A stretch of DNA of 64,000 bases from Candidatus Hydrogenedentota bacterium (GTDB taxonomy: Bacteria > Hydrogenedentota > Hydrogenedentia > Hydrogenedentales > SLHB01), in NCBI GenBank assembly GCA_963674865.2, contig CAXXYE010000007.1, forward strand, positions 288,001-352,000. Direction: 5' to 3'. Positions 37,547 through 46,134 of the stretch are shown piece after piece. Under the pieces are notes generated by a model. That model saw nothing but the letters and a program-made list of their open reading frames with translations. It had not been told where the DNA came from and searched no databases. The number at the start of each line of letters is the position of its first letter. Within the stretch, counting starts at the first letter, position 1. Made by a program: the position numbers and the translations under genes.

Positions 37547-38854
37547 ATGGACCTGAATGAGCGCCTCAAGAAAATGGAAGATGAACTCAAACGGAGGACG
37601 GAAGCCATCGACCGTGAGGCGCGCGCGAAGCTCGACGCCGTCGAGCAGAAGATCACCGCCACCGAGGAGGCCGTAGCCGGGCGCAAGGCCGATACGCCGC
37701 GGGGGCCACAGACGATAAGGCCCATCCACACGCCGGCGCCGCACGATTTGCGCATTGACATGAGCACGGCGCGCTCGCTGGATGTCCTCGACGACATTAT
37801 TGAAGAGGACTTCGAGTTGCTCCGATACCTGGGCGGGTCGCTCACGGCCTATCCCACCGTGTACTGCGAGACGGTTCGCGAATATCTCGAGCCCATCATT
37901 GCGGATATGCCGATGTCCGACGCGCAGCGCGAGGTCCTGCTGAATGAGGTGGCAGAGGCGGCGGAACACGGCGCGCCTATCCCCATCCTGACGAGCCTCG
38001 GCGTCCATATCCCCGGCGTGGGATGCTTCATCAACGGCTGGTTCATGGGCCAACTGGCGGGTGTGTCTCCAGGCGCCTACTTCCAAGCGCCGGAGGGGTT
38101 CGCCCGAATTGTGACCACGGCGTCCCATGAAAAGTGGGGCCACGGGTTCATCTCGGAGCTGACGGCCCTCGGCCGCGAGAAACAGTCCGTCCAGCTTGGC
38201 ATGCACCACCTCGCGGACCAGTTCGAGAGACGGACCGTCGATACGCCCGACCACGCCCGGCTCCGGGAGCAATGGGAAATCCTCTTCTACGCGTCCAACT
38301 ATGTCGAGGAGGGTTGCGCCACGTGGATCGAGCGCTACCTCGCCGAACGCGTGACCGAGCGCGATCCGCGCGGCCCCGCGCTGCTCGATCATGCGCCCAG
38401 TTTCACCGTCGAGAGTGTAGCGGACGCCCTCGACGGCGCCGGCCTGGGGCCGCTGGCCGAAGCGGTTGGCAGTGTCTTCAGTGATTTGAGCCAGCCTTTG
38501 GCCCCAGAGCGTTGGTTTGCTTTGGCGGCTGCTCTCAATGAGAGTGGCGAAGCCTTCACCCACGCCTGCGGTATGCCCTCGCCATACGTCGTCGGCTATC
38601 TCATCATGGACCGCGTGGCGCAGCGACAAGGCCCGAAGTGCGTGCCCTATGCCGTGGCCACGGCCTGCAACGTTGAATACGGCCTCAAAGACATCTCGAA
38701 CCATGACCTGCGCAATTACGTGGAAAATCACCCCGAACTGAATGTCAATGCACGCATGGCCGCGATCGTGTCCCTCGCCGAAGGGCCAAAGGACGACATC
38801 AAGGCCTTCCTCGCCCGTGTGCGGGACGAGATAGGCTTCGCACCGCCTGCGTGA
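37547..38854 (+). CDS. Putative zinc metallopeptidase-like protein with N-terminal coiled coil
   Basis: AAGGGAA before ATG 37547; SHEKWGHG (HExxxH) and downstream YVEEGCATW (gluzincin-type third ligand). Confidence 0.6.
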   Translation: MDLNERLKKMEDELKRRTEAIDREARAKLDAVEQKITATEEAVAGRKADTPRGPQTIRPIHTPAPHDLRIDMSTARSLDVLDDIIEEDFELLRYLGGSLTAYPTVYCETVREYLEPIIADMPMSDAQREVLLNEVAEAAEHGAPIPILTSLGVHIPGVGCFINGWFMGQLAGVSPGAYFQAPEGFARIVTTASHEKWGHGFISELTALGREKQSVQLGMHHLADQFERRTVDTPDHARLREQWEILFYASNYVEEGCATWIERYLAERVTERDPRGPALLDHAPSFTVESVADALDGAGLGPLAEAVGSVFSDLSQPLAPERWFALAAALNESGEAFTHACGMPSPYVVGYLIMDRVAQRQGPKCVPYAVATACNVEYGLKDISNHDLRNYVENHPELNVNARMAAIVSLAEGPKDDIKAFLARVRDEIGFAPPA

Positions 38855-38964
38855 CGCGGCAACCGCCCGTCTTCACGACGGAGGTCACCGAAAGCACGGA
38901 GGAGAAGAGAGCGGATCTCTCCATGTCTTCCGTGCCCGTGGTTAGTTTGATCAGTTCCTATGCC

Positions 38965-39181
38965 GCGACCAGGGCTTCGCCCTGGACCCACTAAGATTGC
39001 TCGGCGCTACGCGCCTTACAATCTTAAACTACACCCCCTACCGAAGTACCTTAACCAAGGGAAAAATCCCCGCGCTACGGGCCTATGCGCGGCCTATGCT
39101 GCGCGGCCGCGCCTTTGGCCCTCCGCGCTCCGCGGCTTACGCCGCGCAAGCAACAAGGCACCAAAGCAGTAGGCAGCAAAA
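38965..39181 (-). repeat. Hairpin-rich non-coding element, copy 2 (putative DGR target cis element)
   Basis: Near-identical to 27954-28169 and directly 3' of the stop codon of the second kinase-FGE gene. Confidence 0.85.
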
Positions 39182-39310
39182 CTACGGCCTGGCGAGGCGG
39201 AACCCCAAGAGGTCGCTCCGGGTGCCCGGGTCGCGCCCGGAACGAATCGCGGATCGGCAGCTCCTCGGGCTGCCGCTCCAGCAGCCACCGCGGGCCACCC
39301 GGTACGAGCC
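39182..39310 (-). other. Putative DGR variable region VR2 with constant flanks
   Basis: Paralog of 28170-28298 with NNC-type codon differences at 39209-39283. Confidence 0.8.
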
Positions 39311-41317
39311 CGTACTGGGGCCCGGGGGGTCGGTTACTGAACCCGAAGGATAGGACCCGTACCAGTCCTGGCACCACTCCAAAACGTTGCCGTGCATGTC
39401 GTGCAGCCCCCAAGCATTCGGACGAACGCTCCCCACCGAAGTCGTCTTTCCCCGGTCAACCCCCTTCTTTCCTGAACCGTACGTGTAATCGCCATCGTAG
39501 TTCGCCTGCTCCGTCGAGATCGTCTCTCCAAAATAGAACGGGGTCTGGGTCCCTGCACGGCACGCATACTCCCACTCCGCCTCCGTCGGAAGACGAAACG
39601 TGCCTTGCCCTTTGGCATTAATTCTCTTGATGAACGCCTGGCAGTCGTCCCAAGAAACGTAGTAAATGGGATAATCCGCCCCTTCTCCGCGAAGCGGCCA
39701 CTCCTTGTTGGCCCTATCGCGTTGCTGACCCACTGTGTTACCCATCACCGCCTTCCACTGCGCCTGGGTAACTTCATACTTCCCCAGCCAGAACCCCTTC
39801 GTGAGCGTCACCTGGTGCTGGACCTCGTCGTCATCGCGGCCCTCCTCGCTCTCCGGGCTCCCCATCATGAAGGTTCCCGGCGGGACCCAGACCAACTCAA
39901 GTGTCACGCCGCCGCCAAGGTCGACCGTACTTGTGGTGCCTGCTTCCGGCTCGCCTTGGGACTCGTGTCGTGTGACCGTAAGAGGTCCAGCATCTGGACC
40001 TTCGTGGATTTCTGGGAGCGGTACTGCCAGTAATTCCGCAGCGCGCCCAAGAATATCATCAGTAGGGTCCGACTCTCCTCGAGGAGCATGATCATAGCTT
40101 CGACGCGTCGTCTCGCTCTTGAAGTAGTGCCATAGCCACGGTGAAACAGCAGCCAGGCAGACCAATGTTAGTGCGGCCACTACGATGAGTTTCTTGCCTC
40201 GCCGGCCAAGCGAGCCAACAAGTTTCGCCGGCGCTTCTCGCCCCTCGGCCTGTCGCCGGGCTTCTTTGGCCCGCTCCATCTCCCTGGCCCCATCTATCTC
40301 CTTGGCTCGCCGCCCCTCCTCCTCGGCTCGTTCTTCTTCGTCCTTGCGGCGTGCTTCTGCCTCCCCTTCACGCCGCTGGGCTTCGGCCTTCTGCCGGGCC
40401 GTTTCTCCGCAAAGGTCTTTGTAGAAGGCGGCGCAGTTGGCCTGGCGGTCGGTGGGCTGCTTGTCCAAGGCGGTCAAGAGGGCTTCGTTAACGTGGGCAG
40501 GGACGCCATCGATAGGCGACGGAGCCTTCAACTGGATCTGCGTGGGGATCGAGCCGGTGTGGAAAGGCGTGTCGCCGGCAAGGAGTTCGTAGACACTGGC
40601 CGCGAGGCTATATAGGTCGGCCCGGACGTCGAGCTTCTCACCCATGAGCTGCTCGGGGCTCATGTAAAGGAGCGTGCCGCTGCTAACCTCGCCCGTCACG
40701 CGGGTCTGGGTATCCTTGGCGGCCCGGGCGATGCCGAAGTCGGCCAGCTTCACATTGCCGTCGCGCCCGAGGAGCATGTTGCCGGGTTTCACGTCGCGGT
40801 GAAGGACGCCCTGGCTGTGCGCATAGTCCAGCGCCCGGGCGACGCGGCGTGCACAGGCCAGTACCTGTTCGAGCGGAAAAGGCCCGCCATACTCGGCGAG
40901 GGCGTCGGACAGGGACCGGCCGTCCACGTATTCCATGGTGATGAAATGGATGCCGACGTCCTCGTGGATATCGTACACGCCGACGATGTTGGGATGGCGC
41001 AGCTTGCGCGTGAGGGCGACCTCGCGTTTCATATCCGCGACGGCCCGCATATCCCCTATCAGTTCGGGTTTGAGGATCTTGCACGCGACCTGCTCGTCCA
41101 GGACGATGTCCCGCGCGAGCCAGACATCGCCCATACCCCCGCTCCCGACCCGGCGCACCAGTTGAAACCGTTCAAGGAGCACGGTTTCCGCCGCGAGGTC
41201 GAAAAGGGTGCGCGTGTCGCCGCTTCCCTCGACCAGCGCGACTTTCTCCCCGCACGCCGGGCAAAACGCCGCACCCTCCGGCACCTCCGCCCCACATGTT
41301 GGATTAAGGCACTTCAT
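39182..41317 (-). CDS. Zinc-ribbon-Ser/Thr kinase-coiled-coil-TM-FGE-sulfatase receptor; putative DGR target
   Basis: CLNPTC..FCPACG; GSGGMG, HRDVKPGN, DFG; TM LIVVAALTLVCLAAVSPWLW; FGE domain ending GFRLARP. Confidence 0.92.
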   Translation of the reverse strand: MKCLNPTCGAEVPEGAAFCPACGEKVALVEGSGDTRTLFDLAAETVLLERFQLVRRVGSGGMGDVWLARDIVLDEQVACKILKPELIGDMRAVADMKREVALTRKLRHPNIVGVYDIHEDVGIHFITMEYVDGRSLSDALAEYGGPFPLEQVLACARRVARALDYAHSQGVLHRDVKPGNMLLGRDGNVKLADFGIARAAKDTQTRVTGEVSSGTLLYMSPEQLMGEKLDVRADLYSLAASVYELLAGDTPFHTGSIPTQIQLKAPSPIDGVPAHVNEALLTALDKQPTDRQANCAAFYKDLCGETARQKAEAQRREGEAEARRKDEEERAEEEGRRAKEIDGAREMERAKEARRQAEGREAPAKLVGSLGRRGKKLIVVAALTLVCLAAVSPWLWHYFKSETTRRSYDHAPRGESDPTDDILGRAAELLAVPLPEIHEGPDAGPLTVTRHESQGEPEAGTTSTVDLGGGVTLELVWVPPGTFMMGSPESEEGRDDDEVQHQVTLTKGFWLGKYEVTQAQWKAVMGNTVGQQRDRANKEWPLRGEGADYPIYYVSWDDCQAFIKRINAKGQGTFRLPTEAEWEYACRAGTQTPFYFGETISTEQANYDGDYTYGSGKKGVDRGKTTSVGSVRPNAWGLHDMHGNVLEWCQDWYGSYPSGSVTDPPGPSTGSYRVARGGCWSGSPRSCRSAIRSGRDPGTRSDLLGFRLARP

Positions 41318-41439
41318 GCGTTACCCCGTTCCGCTGTGGCCCGTCCATATGACTGGGCACAGGGATAATCTATCAGGTCGAGACACCGCAGGTCACATCG
41401 GCGGCGGTTGTCTCGGCAGGCAAGGCAAACAGCACAGTC

Positions 41440-42330
41440 CTAGCCTTGCATATCTTCGCCGTTTGCTGAGGGCCGCGAGGCGACGTGGGGCAGAATATAT
41501 GGCGCGTCGAGACAAAGCCGGAGGCCGAGGAAGCCGAACCGGGCCTTTTGACCCAGAGCGTAGCTGTAGGCCGACCGGCAACTCAAGGGTTCGCTGACCC
41601 AGCCCCCTCCGCGCATGACTCGCGCCGGGCCCGCCGTGTCAATGTTCGGGTTATAGGTGACGCCGTAACGGTCCTGGCACCATTCCCAAACGTTGCCGTG
41701 CATGTCATAGAGGCCCCATGCATTGGGCGGAAAGCTCCCGACGGGCGTTGTGGCCGCTCGGTACGCGCCGCCGGGTCTCCCGGCGTACCGGTATTCGCCA
41801 TTGTAATTGGCGCGGTCCGTGCTGATGGCGTAACCGAAATTAAAGGGCGAGGTCGTGCCCGCGCGGCAGGCGTATTCCCATTCGGGCTCCGTGGGCAAGC
41901 GGAATTGTAAGCCCGTGCGGTCGTTGAGCCGCTGGATAAACACTTGGCAGTCCTCCCAGGAGACGCATTCGGCCGGATGGATGTAGCTGTGAAACTGGAA
42001 GCCCCTTCCGTCGGTACCATCATTGCCCATGACCGCGACCCACTGGGCCTGGGTGACCTCGTATGCGCCCATCCAAAAACCGCTAGCAATGGCAACCTCC
42101 CGCTGGATTTCATCCTCGGGATCACGTTCCGGCTCCGACGGCGGGCTGCCCATGACAAACGTGCCCGGCGGCACCCATACCATCTGAATTCCCGCGATCA
42201 ACCGTTCCTCGCCGGGCAGCCCCGGCCTCAACGGCTCCATCCGCGGCCGCGGTTGGCCCACCTTCGCCCCTTCCGGGCAGCCTACCCCCAGCAGCGCTAT
42301 CATAATGAGAAGACATGCCATGCGTTTCAT
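41440..42330 (-). CDS. FGE-sulfatase-domain lipoprotein
   Basis: AAAGGAG RBS; lipobox LLGVGC; RLPTEPEWEYACRAG, GLYDMHGNVWEWCQD. Confidence 0.88.
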   Translation of the reverse strand: MKRMACLLIMIALLGVGCPEGAKVGQPRPRMEPLRPGLPGEERLIAGIQMVWVPPGTFVMGSPPSEPERDPEDEIQREVAIASGFWMGAYEVTQAQWVAVMGNDGTDGRGFQFHSYIHPAECVSWEDCQVFIQRLNDRTGLQFRLPTEPEWEYACRAGTTSPFNFGYAISTDRANYNGEYRYAGRPGGAYRAATTPVGSFPPNAWGLYDMHGNVWEWCQDRYGVTYNPNIDTAGPARVMRGGGWVSEPLSCRSAYSYALGQKARFGFLGLRLCLDAPYILPHVASRPSANGEDMQG

Positions 42331-42375
42331 CGTCCCGCTCCTTTCCACCGTCGTCGTTGCATCTGTTAAGTGAGG

Positions 42376-42391
42376 AGCAAGGCGTGTGCCG
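42376..42391 (-). promoter_or_regulatory. Candidate sigma-54 promoter
   Basis: Minus strand CGGCACACGCCTTGCT (GG-N10-GC), about 45 nt upstream of ATG 42330. Confidence 0.7.
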
Positions 42392-42478
42392 GGGCCCTTG
42401 TGACAAGGAGGTCACGGGCACGAGCGGCCGAGCTAGATTTGACCCGGAATGAGTCAAGGTCTTGAGGTGGGGCCCCGG

Positions 42479-43390
42479 TTACTTGAGTCTCAGGGCAAGG
42501 GCGGCCATTAAGTCACTGGCCAACCAGGCGCCGACGGTTTCGGGATCCGGCAGCCCGGTAGGCTGATAGCCGTGGTTCGTGGCCACATACTGTCCCGGAA
42601 CCCGGCGGTTTAGGGGCCACGTCGCGCTGCTGCAAGAAGCGAGGATGGTCCGTGTCTTCACGTTCGTAGCTTGGAGACGGAAGACGTAGCCGAACCGGTC
42701 ATCGGGGCGGGAGCTGATCAGGACCTCAACCAGCAAGTCTGCGTTCTTCTTGAGCGCATTCGTTTCGATCAGTTTTGTCGGCTCGTCGCCCAGGGGCGTT
42801 TGCGCCGTCTCCGCGGCGGTCATCCGAAGTACCATGGCCCGGTCCACAACGTTGACGCCGTTTTGAATGAGCGGCTGCGTTATGGCGTCCTCAAGACGCC
42901 AGGTCCACTGGTCCGTCCTCGCCCTTCCCTCGCCCGTATCTCCCCGGAACTCCCGAGCCGCGACTGCAGTGCCCACGGTGTCGGTTGTGCTCTTTTTGCC
43001 CCCTTCGTTCGCGGTTGATGTCTCGACGTAACCCACCTTGAGCCGCTCGTTGCTGGCCCACTCGCGCACGTCCGCACTGAGCTCACGGTTGACGTAGACG
43101 AGCATCCGCGGGCTCCCTGCTTTGCGGTAACCAGCCAGGAAGTCCTTAACCGTCGCGGCGTCGGGCGCCACGGCTTGAGGCGACACCTCAATAGCCGCAG
43201 GCTGGGGCCGGTAAGGCTCGGGGGGCCGTTGGCTATCCGGATGGGAATCTTGCGGCGCTATCTCGCCCGGCGGGGTCGGTGTATCTATGATAACCGTCTT
43301 ACTGCCCGCGCTGGCACAGCCTGAGCTAACGACGACCAACAACGTCACGTAAAGAAGCGTGCGAATCACTGCGCTTGGAGTTGTGCTCAT
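42479..43390 (-). CDS. Lipoprotein, possible CsgG/LpoB-like fold
   Basis: Lipobox VSSGC; GVNVVDRA..ADLLVEV..LQATNVKTRTILAS pattern. Confidence 0.6.
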   Translation of the reverse strand: MSTTPSAVIRTLLYVTLLVVVSSGCASAGSKTVIIDTPTPPGEIAPQDSHPDSQRPPEPYRPQPAAIEVSPQAVAPDAATVKDFLAGYRKAGSPRMLVYVNRELSADVREWASNERLKVGYVETSTANEGGKKSTTDTVGTAVAAREFRGDTGEGRARTDQWTWRLEDAITQPLIQNGVNVVDRAMVLRMTAAETAQTPLGDEPTKLIETNALKKNADLLVEVLISSRPDDRFGYVFRLQATNVKTRTILASCSSATWPLNRRVPGQYVATNHGYQPTGLPDPETVGAWLASDLMAALALRLK

Positions 43391-43406
43391 GGGTGTGCTG
43401 TCCTCT

Positions 43407-43835
43407 CTATGGCATTTCCTTGACCTCGATATAGAAATACTCGGCGTCCGTGCCTGCCGAGTAGGTCCGGTATGTCTCGATACCGTTTGACGGCAGGAAT
43501 AGCGTCTGCCATTCGTTGGGTCCTTCGTTCGGTTTACGTGCCGGGCCAAAGTACTGCGTGCGCACCATAATCTGCTGGTCGTAATTCGTTCGGTTTCGGA
43601 ACAAGCACCAGACTTCCAAGGTATTGGTGGCGGTCCTGTCCGCCCCCGTGTTTTGGACGGCGATGCGTCTCTCAAGCCCTTTCGTCAGGAAGCCTACTCG
43701 GTTGAGCCTAGCCTCGGTGGCGGGCGTATCGACACGTGTTCCGACGGCTGTTCCTTCGGTTAGGTAGTAGCGCGTACAGCCCGGCACCGACAGCAAGAGA
43801 AGGATCAGTACTGAGATGACGAAAAGCTGTTTCAT
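43407..43835 (-). CDS. YcfL-like (DUF1425) lipoprotein
   Basis: Lipobox VPGC; LEV..FRNRT..RTQYF..WQTLFL..YFYIEVKE; next to an LpoB-like gene. Confidence 0.65.
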   Translation of the reverse strand: MKQLFVISVLILLLLSVPGCTRYYLTEGTAVGTRVDTPATEARLNRVGFLTKGLERRIAVQNTGADRTATNTLEVWCLFRNRTNYDQQIMVRTQYFGPARKPNEGPNEWQTLFLPSNGIETYRTYSAGTDAEYFYIEVKEMP

Positions 43836-43889
43836 TTTATGGCTCCTTGGCTCTAAAGGTCGATATCCCGCAAAGGGCCCGGAAGGCTC

Positions 43890-44549
43890 TCATCGGTACA
43901 AGGTCCCCAATGCCTGGCTCTTCTTGAAGCGGTGCGTATCGGAGAAGACAATTTGCCCTGTCTCCAGGTCAACCATCTCAAAGGCCATCTGTGTGTACCT
44001 TTCGGTGACGCCGCCACCCACGTTCGTCAGGTCGGTGATTCGCCCGCCCAAGCGATAACCGGCGCCTAGCGTAGTTGCGGCGCCGGGCGTCGTGGCGGGG
44101 CCGACGGCGCCGGTTCGCTTGAGGTCGCGCTCGTGCTCGACCATGCCCGCGTATTCACGCCCCACGAAAACAATCCGGCCAGCCGCCGCGTTGAGAAGTT
44201 CACTTCGCAACTGGTCGATTAAGAGATTCTTGTTCAGGCGACTCGCTGTCTGGACGCTGAAGTATTCCGCGTCCACAATCACGTGAACGGGCTGGCCTGA
44301 CCGGTTAAGTAAAGGATTGGCCAGCATCTTGCCAACCATTTTTCGGCAGGCGCTCTCAATGTCGTAGGACTCGATAGCCACGCTCCGAATGTTGCTGGGC
44401 TCGTCGGGCGGCCTATACTTGCCGCTCGATCGGCTCGCGCTCTGACTTACTCCCGTGGTTACTGAGGTTGCGCAGCCCGAGAGTAAAACCAGTAAAACCA
44501 ACAAGATTATCCACGCCCTCGCGCGCTTTCTGGCCACGATACGGTTCAT
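43890..44549 (-). CDS. LpoB-family (PBP activator-like) lipoprotein
   Basis: Lipobox LSGC; DIESACRKMVGKML, GAGYRLGGRIT, FEMVDLETGQIVFS. Confidence 0.7.
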   Translation of the reverse strand: MNRIVARKRARAWIILLVLLVLLSGCATSVTTGVSQSASRSSGKYRPPDEPSNIRSVAIESYDIESACRKMVGKMLANPLLNRSGQPVHVIVDAEYFSVQTASRLNKNLLIDQLRSELLNAAAGRIVFVGREYAGMVEHERDLKRTGAVGPATTPGAATTLGAGYRLGGRITDLTNVGGGVTERYTQMAFEMVDLETGQIVFSDTHRFKKSQALGTLYR

Positions 44550-44589
44550 TGCTTCCCTCCTCTGCGAACACGTGCGGTGAGGGCAGGCC

Positions 44590-45081
44590 TCAGCCGCCCG
44601 ATGTTACCGTGTAGTAAACGGCCCTCAGTTTGGGATAAATCGTCATGGTGGCGGCCAGGGCCTCGGCGTACCGTGGGTGCTGTGCGTTGGCCGAGAACAA
44701 ATGCAGCGCCAAGTCCTCCGCCTTCGCGAACTTCACCGTGCTTGTCGAGTCGATGAGGTCCCAACCACCGATAAGTCGGGCGGCTTGGTCGGCTGTGCGC
44801 TGGTCCTTGAGGCTCACGGCGCGATGGCGATACGGCTTGTCCCGCGGAACGACACGGTTGCCCGGATACGGAGCAACGTATGGGCTGATCTGAAGCCCGA
44901 TGCCCTGCCGTATGGCCACTACCGCCCAGTCCGCCAACTCGCCGCTCTCCAGAAATGGCGAGCAGAATGGGGCCCCCACCGGTGCTGAAGGGGCCGACGC
45001 CGTAATGCAGCCCGCAAAGACGACACCTAGAAACAATACCAAGGGCAGCAGCACAGAATCATTACGTAAGGAGTCGTTCAT
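44590..45081 (-). CDS. Hypothetical lipoprotein
   Basis: GGGGGAG RBS; lipobox FAGC. Confidence 0.55.
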   Translation of the reverse strand: MNDSLRNDSVLLPLVLFLGVVFAGCITASAPSAPVGAPFCSPFLESGELADWAVVAIRQGIGLQISPYVAPYPGNRVVPRDKPYRHRAVSLKDQRTADQAARLIGGWDLIDSTSTVKFAKAEDLALHLFSANAQHPRYAEALAATMTIYPKLRAVYYTVTSGG

Positions 45082-45205
45082 TAAGGTGTCTCCCCCTTTC
45101 TGAGTAGGGTCCGTTCGAGGTTTCGCAATGTATTGCCGCCACCTTTGAGTAGGACAGACGCTCGCTCTATGTTACTCGTCATGACGCCAGGTCTCAAGGG
45201 GGCCT

Positions 45206-46126
45206 TTACTCAGCCGTATCGGGCAAATTGAGGAACCTAACCATTTCGCCCTCGGTGTAACTCTTCTTACTCTTCGTCCAGATGTGAACGTTGATGAGAG
45301 CATCCGCTCCTCGTTTCATGGCTATTCTACTGAGCCTAAAAAGCACGTCGAGCTTGGCGTAGGCCGGGGGAACCTTTTGCGTAATGGGGACACCCTGCTT
45401 CTTGATCGAGCCGAGCGACGCGTAATAGCGCGGCACGTCGCCGAAGTAGATCGGTATGCCGTAGGGAGCAAAGACGGGATCATCTTGAAGCAATTGTAGC
45501 GAATCCGTCCTAACGAATCCCGCGATGTCGCTGCACCGCACACAGCCCATATGGGAGCAGTGTGCCCCCGGCCCGAAAGGGTGGGCCGCGGAGCAGAATA
45601 CCTGGGCTGCGGGCTCACCGCCGCCGTACCAGATACTCTGTGCCGAAAGCAGCATAGCTCCCCAGGAATCACCGCGGTCGAGACAACGTTCCGCTTGAAC
45701 GGAATAGTCGGCAGCAATCGCCAATCGCAGACGCTCGGCCTCTCCGGCCGCTTCCTGGCATTCTGCACGTTCATCATCGACCAAGGACGTTTGATAGTAC
45801 CAGACCCATGCATCGATGAGTTGTCCAGCGCTCTCGGCGGCGCGGGCACGCTCAAAACCGTAGGCAATTTGGCTATTACGATACAGCTCTATCTCGTCAG
45901 CGTACCGTTTTCGATTTAGCACGTAAGGGGTGGTATCGATGACCGTCTCGAATCTCCTCAGAACGGTCGCATCATCGCCCATCTTGGACGCCTTTTTCGC
46001 CTGCCTGATGAGCGAGGCGGGTTTCGGCGGTCCCGTGGCGCACCCTGCAAGTAGCGTGATGAGTAAAAGAGTTGTCCCCCCCGTGAACGCCCTGCACACC
46101 ATAGCATTATCGTTCCTATGTTTCAT
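45206..46126 (-). CDS. Hypothetical lipoprotein with helical repeats and YbjQ-like C-terminus
   Basis: Lipobox LAGC; C-terminal AMKRGADALINV; start uncertain (46126-46102). Confidence 0.55.
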   Translation of the reverse strand: MKHRNDNAMVCRAFTGGTTLLLITLLAGCATGPPKPASLIRQAKKASKMGDDATVLRRFETVIDTTPYVLNRKRYADEIELYRNSQIAYGFERARAAESAGQLIDAWVWYYQTSLVDDERAECQEAAGEAERLRLAIAADYSVQAERCLDRGDSWGAMLLSAQSIWYGGGEPAAQVFCSAAHPFGPGAHCSHMGCVRCSDIAGFVRTDSLQLLQDDPVFAPYGIPIYFGDVPRYYASLGSIKKQGVPITQKVPPAYAKLDVLFRLSRIAMKRGADALINVHIWTKSKKSYTEGEMVRFLNLPDTAE

Positions 46127-46134
46127 CTTCTTGC

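Noticed and set aside
45124..45139. Sigma-54-like motif upstream of 45081
   Set aside because: GG-to-GC spacing is 9 nt rather than the required 10.
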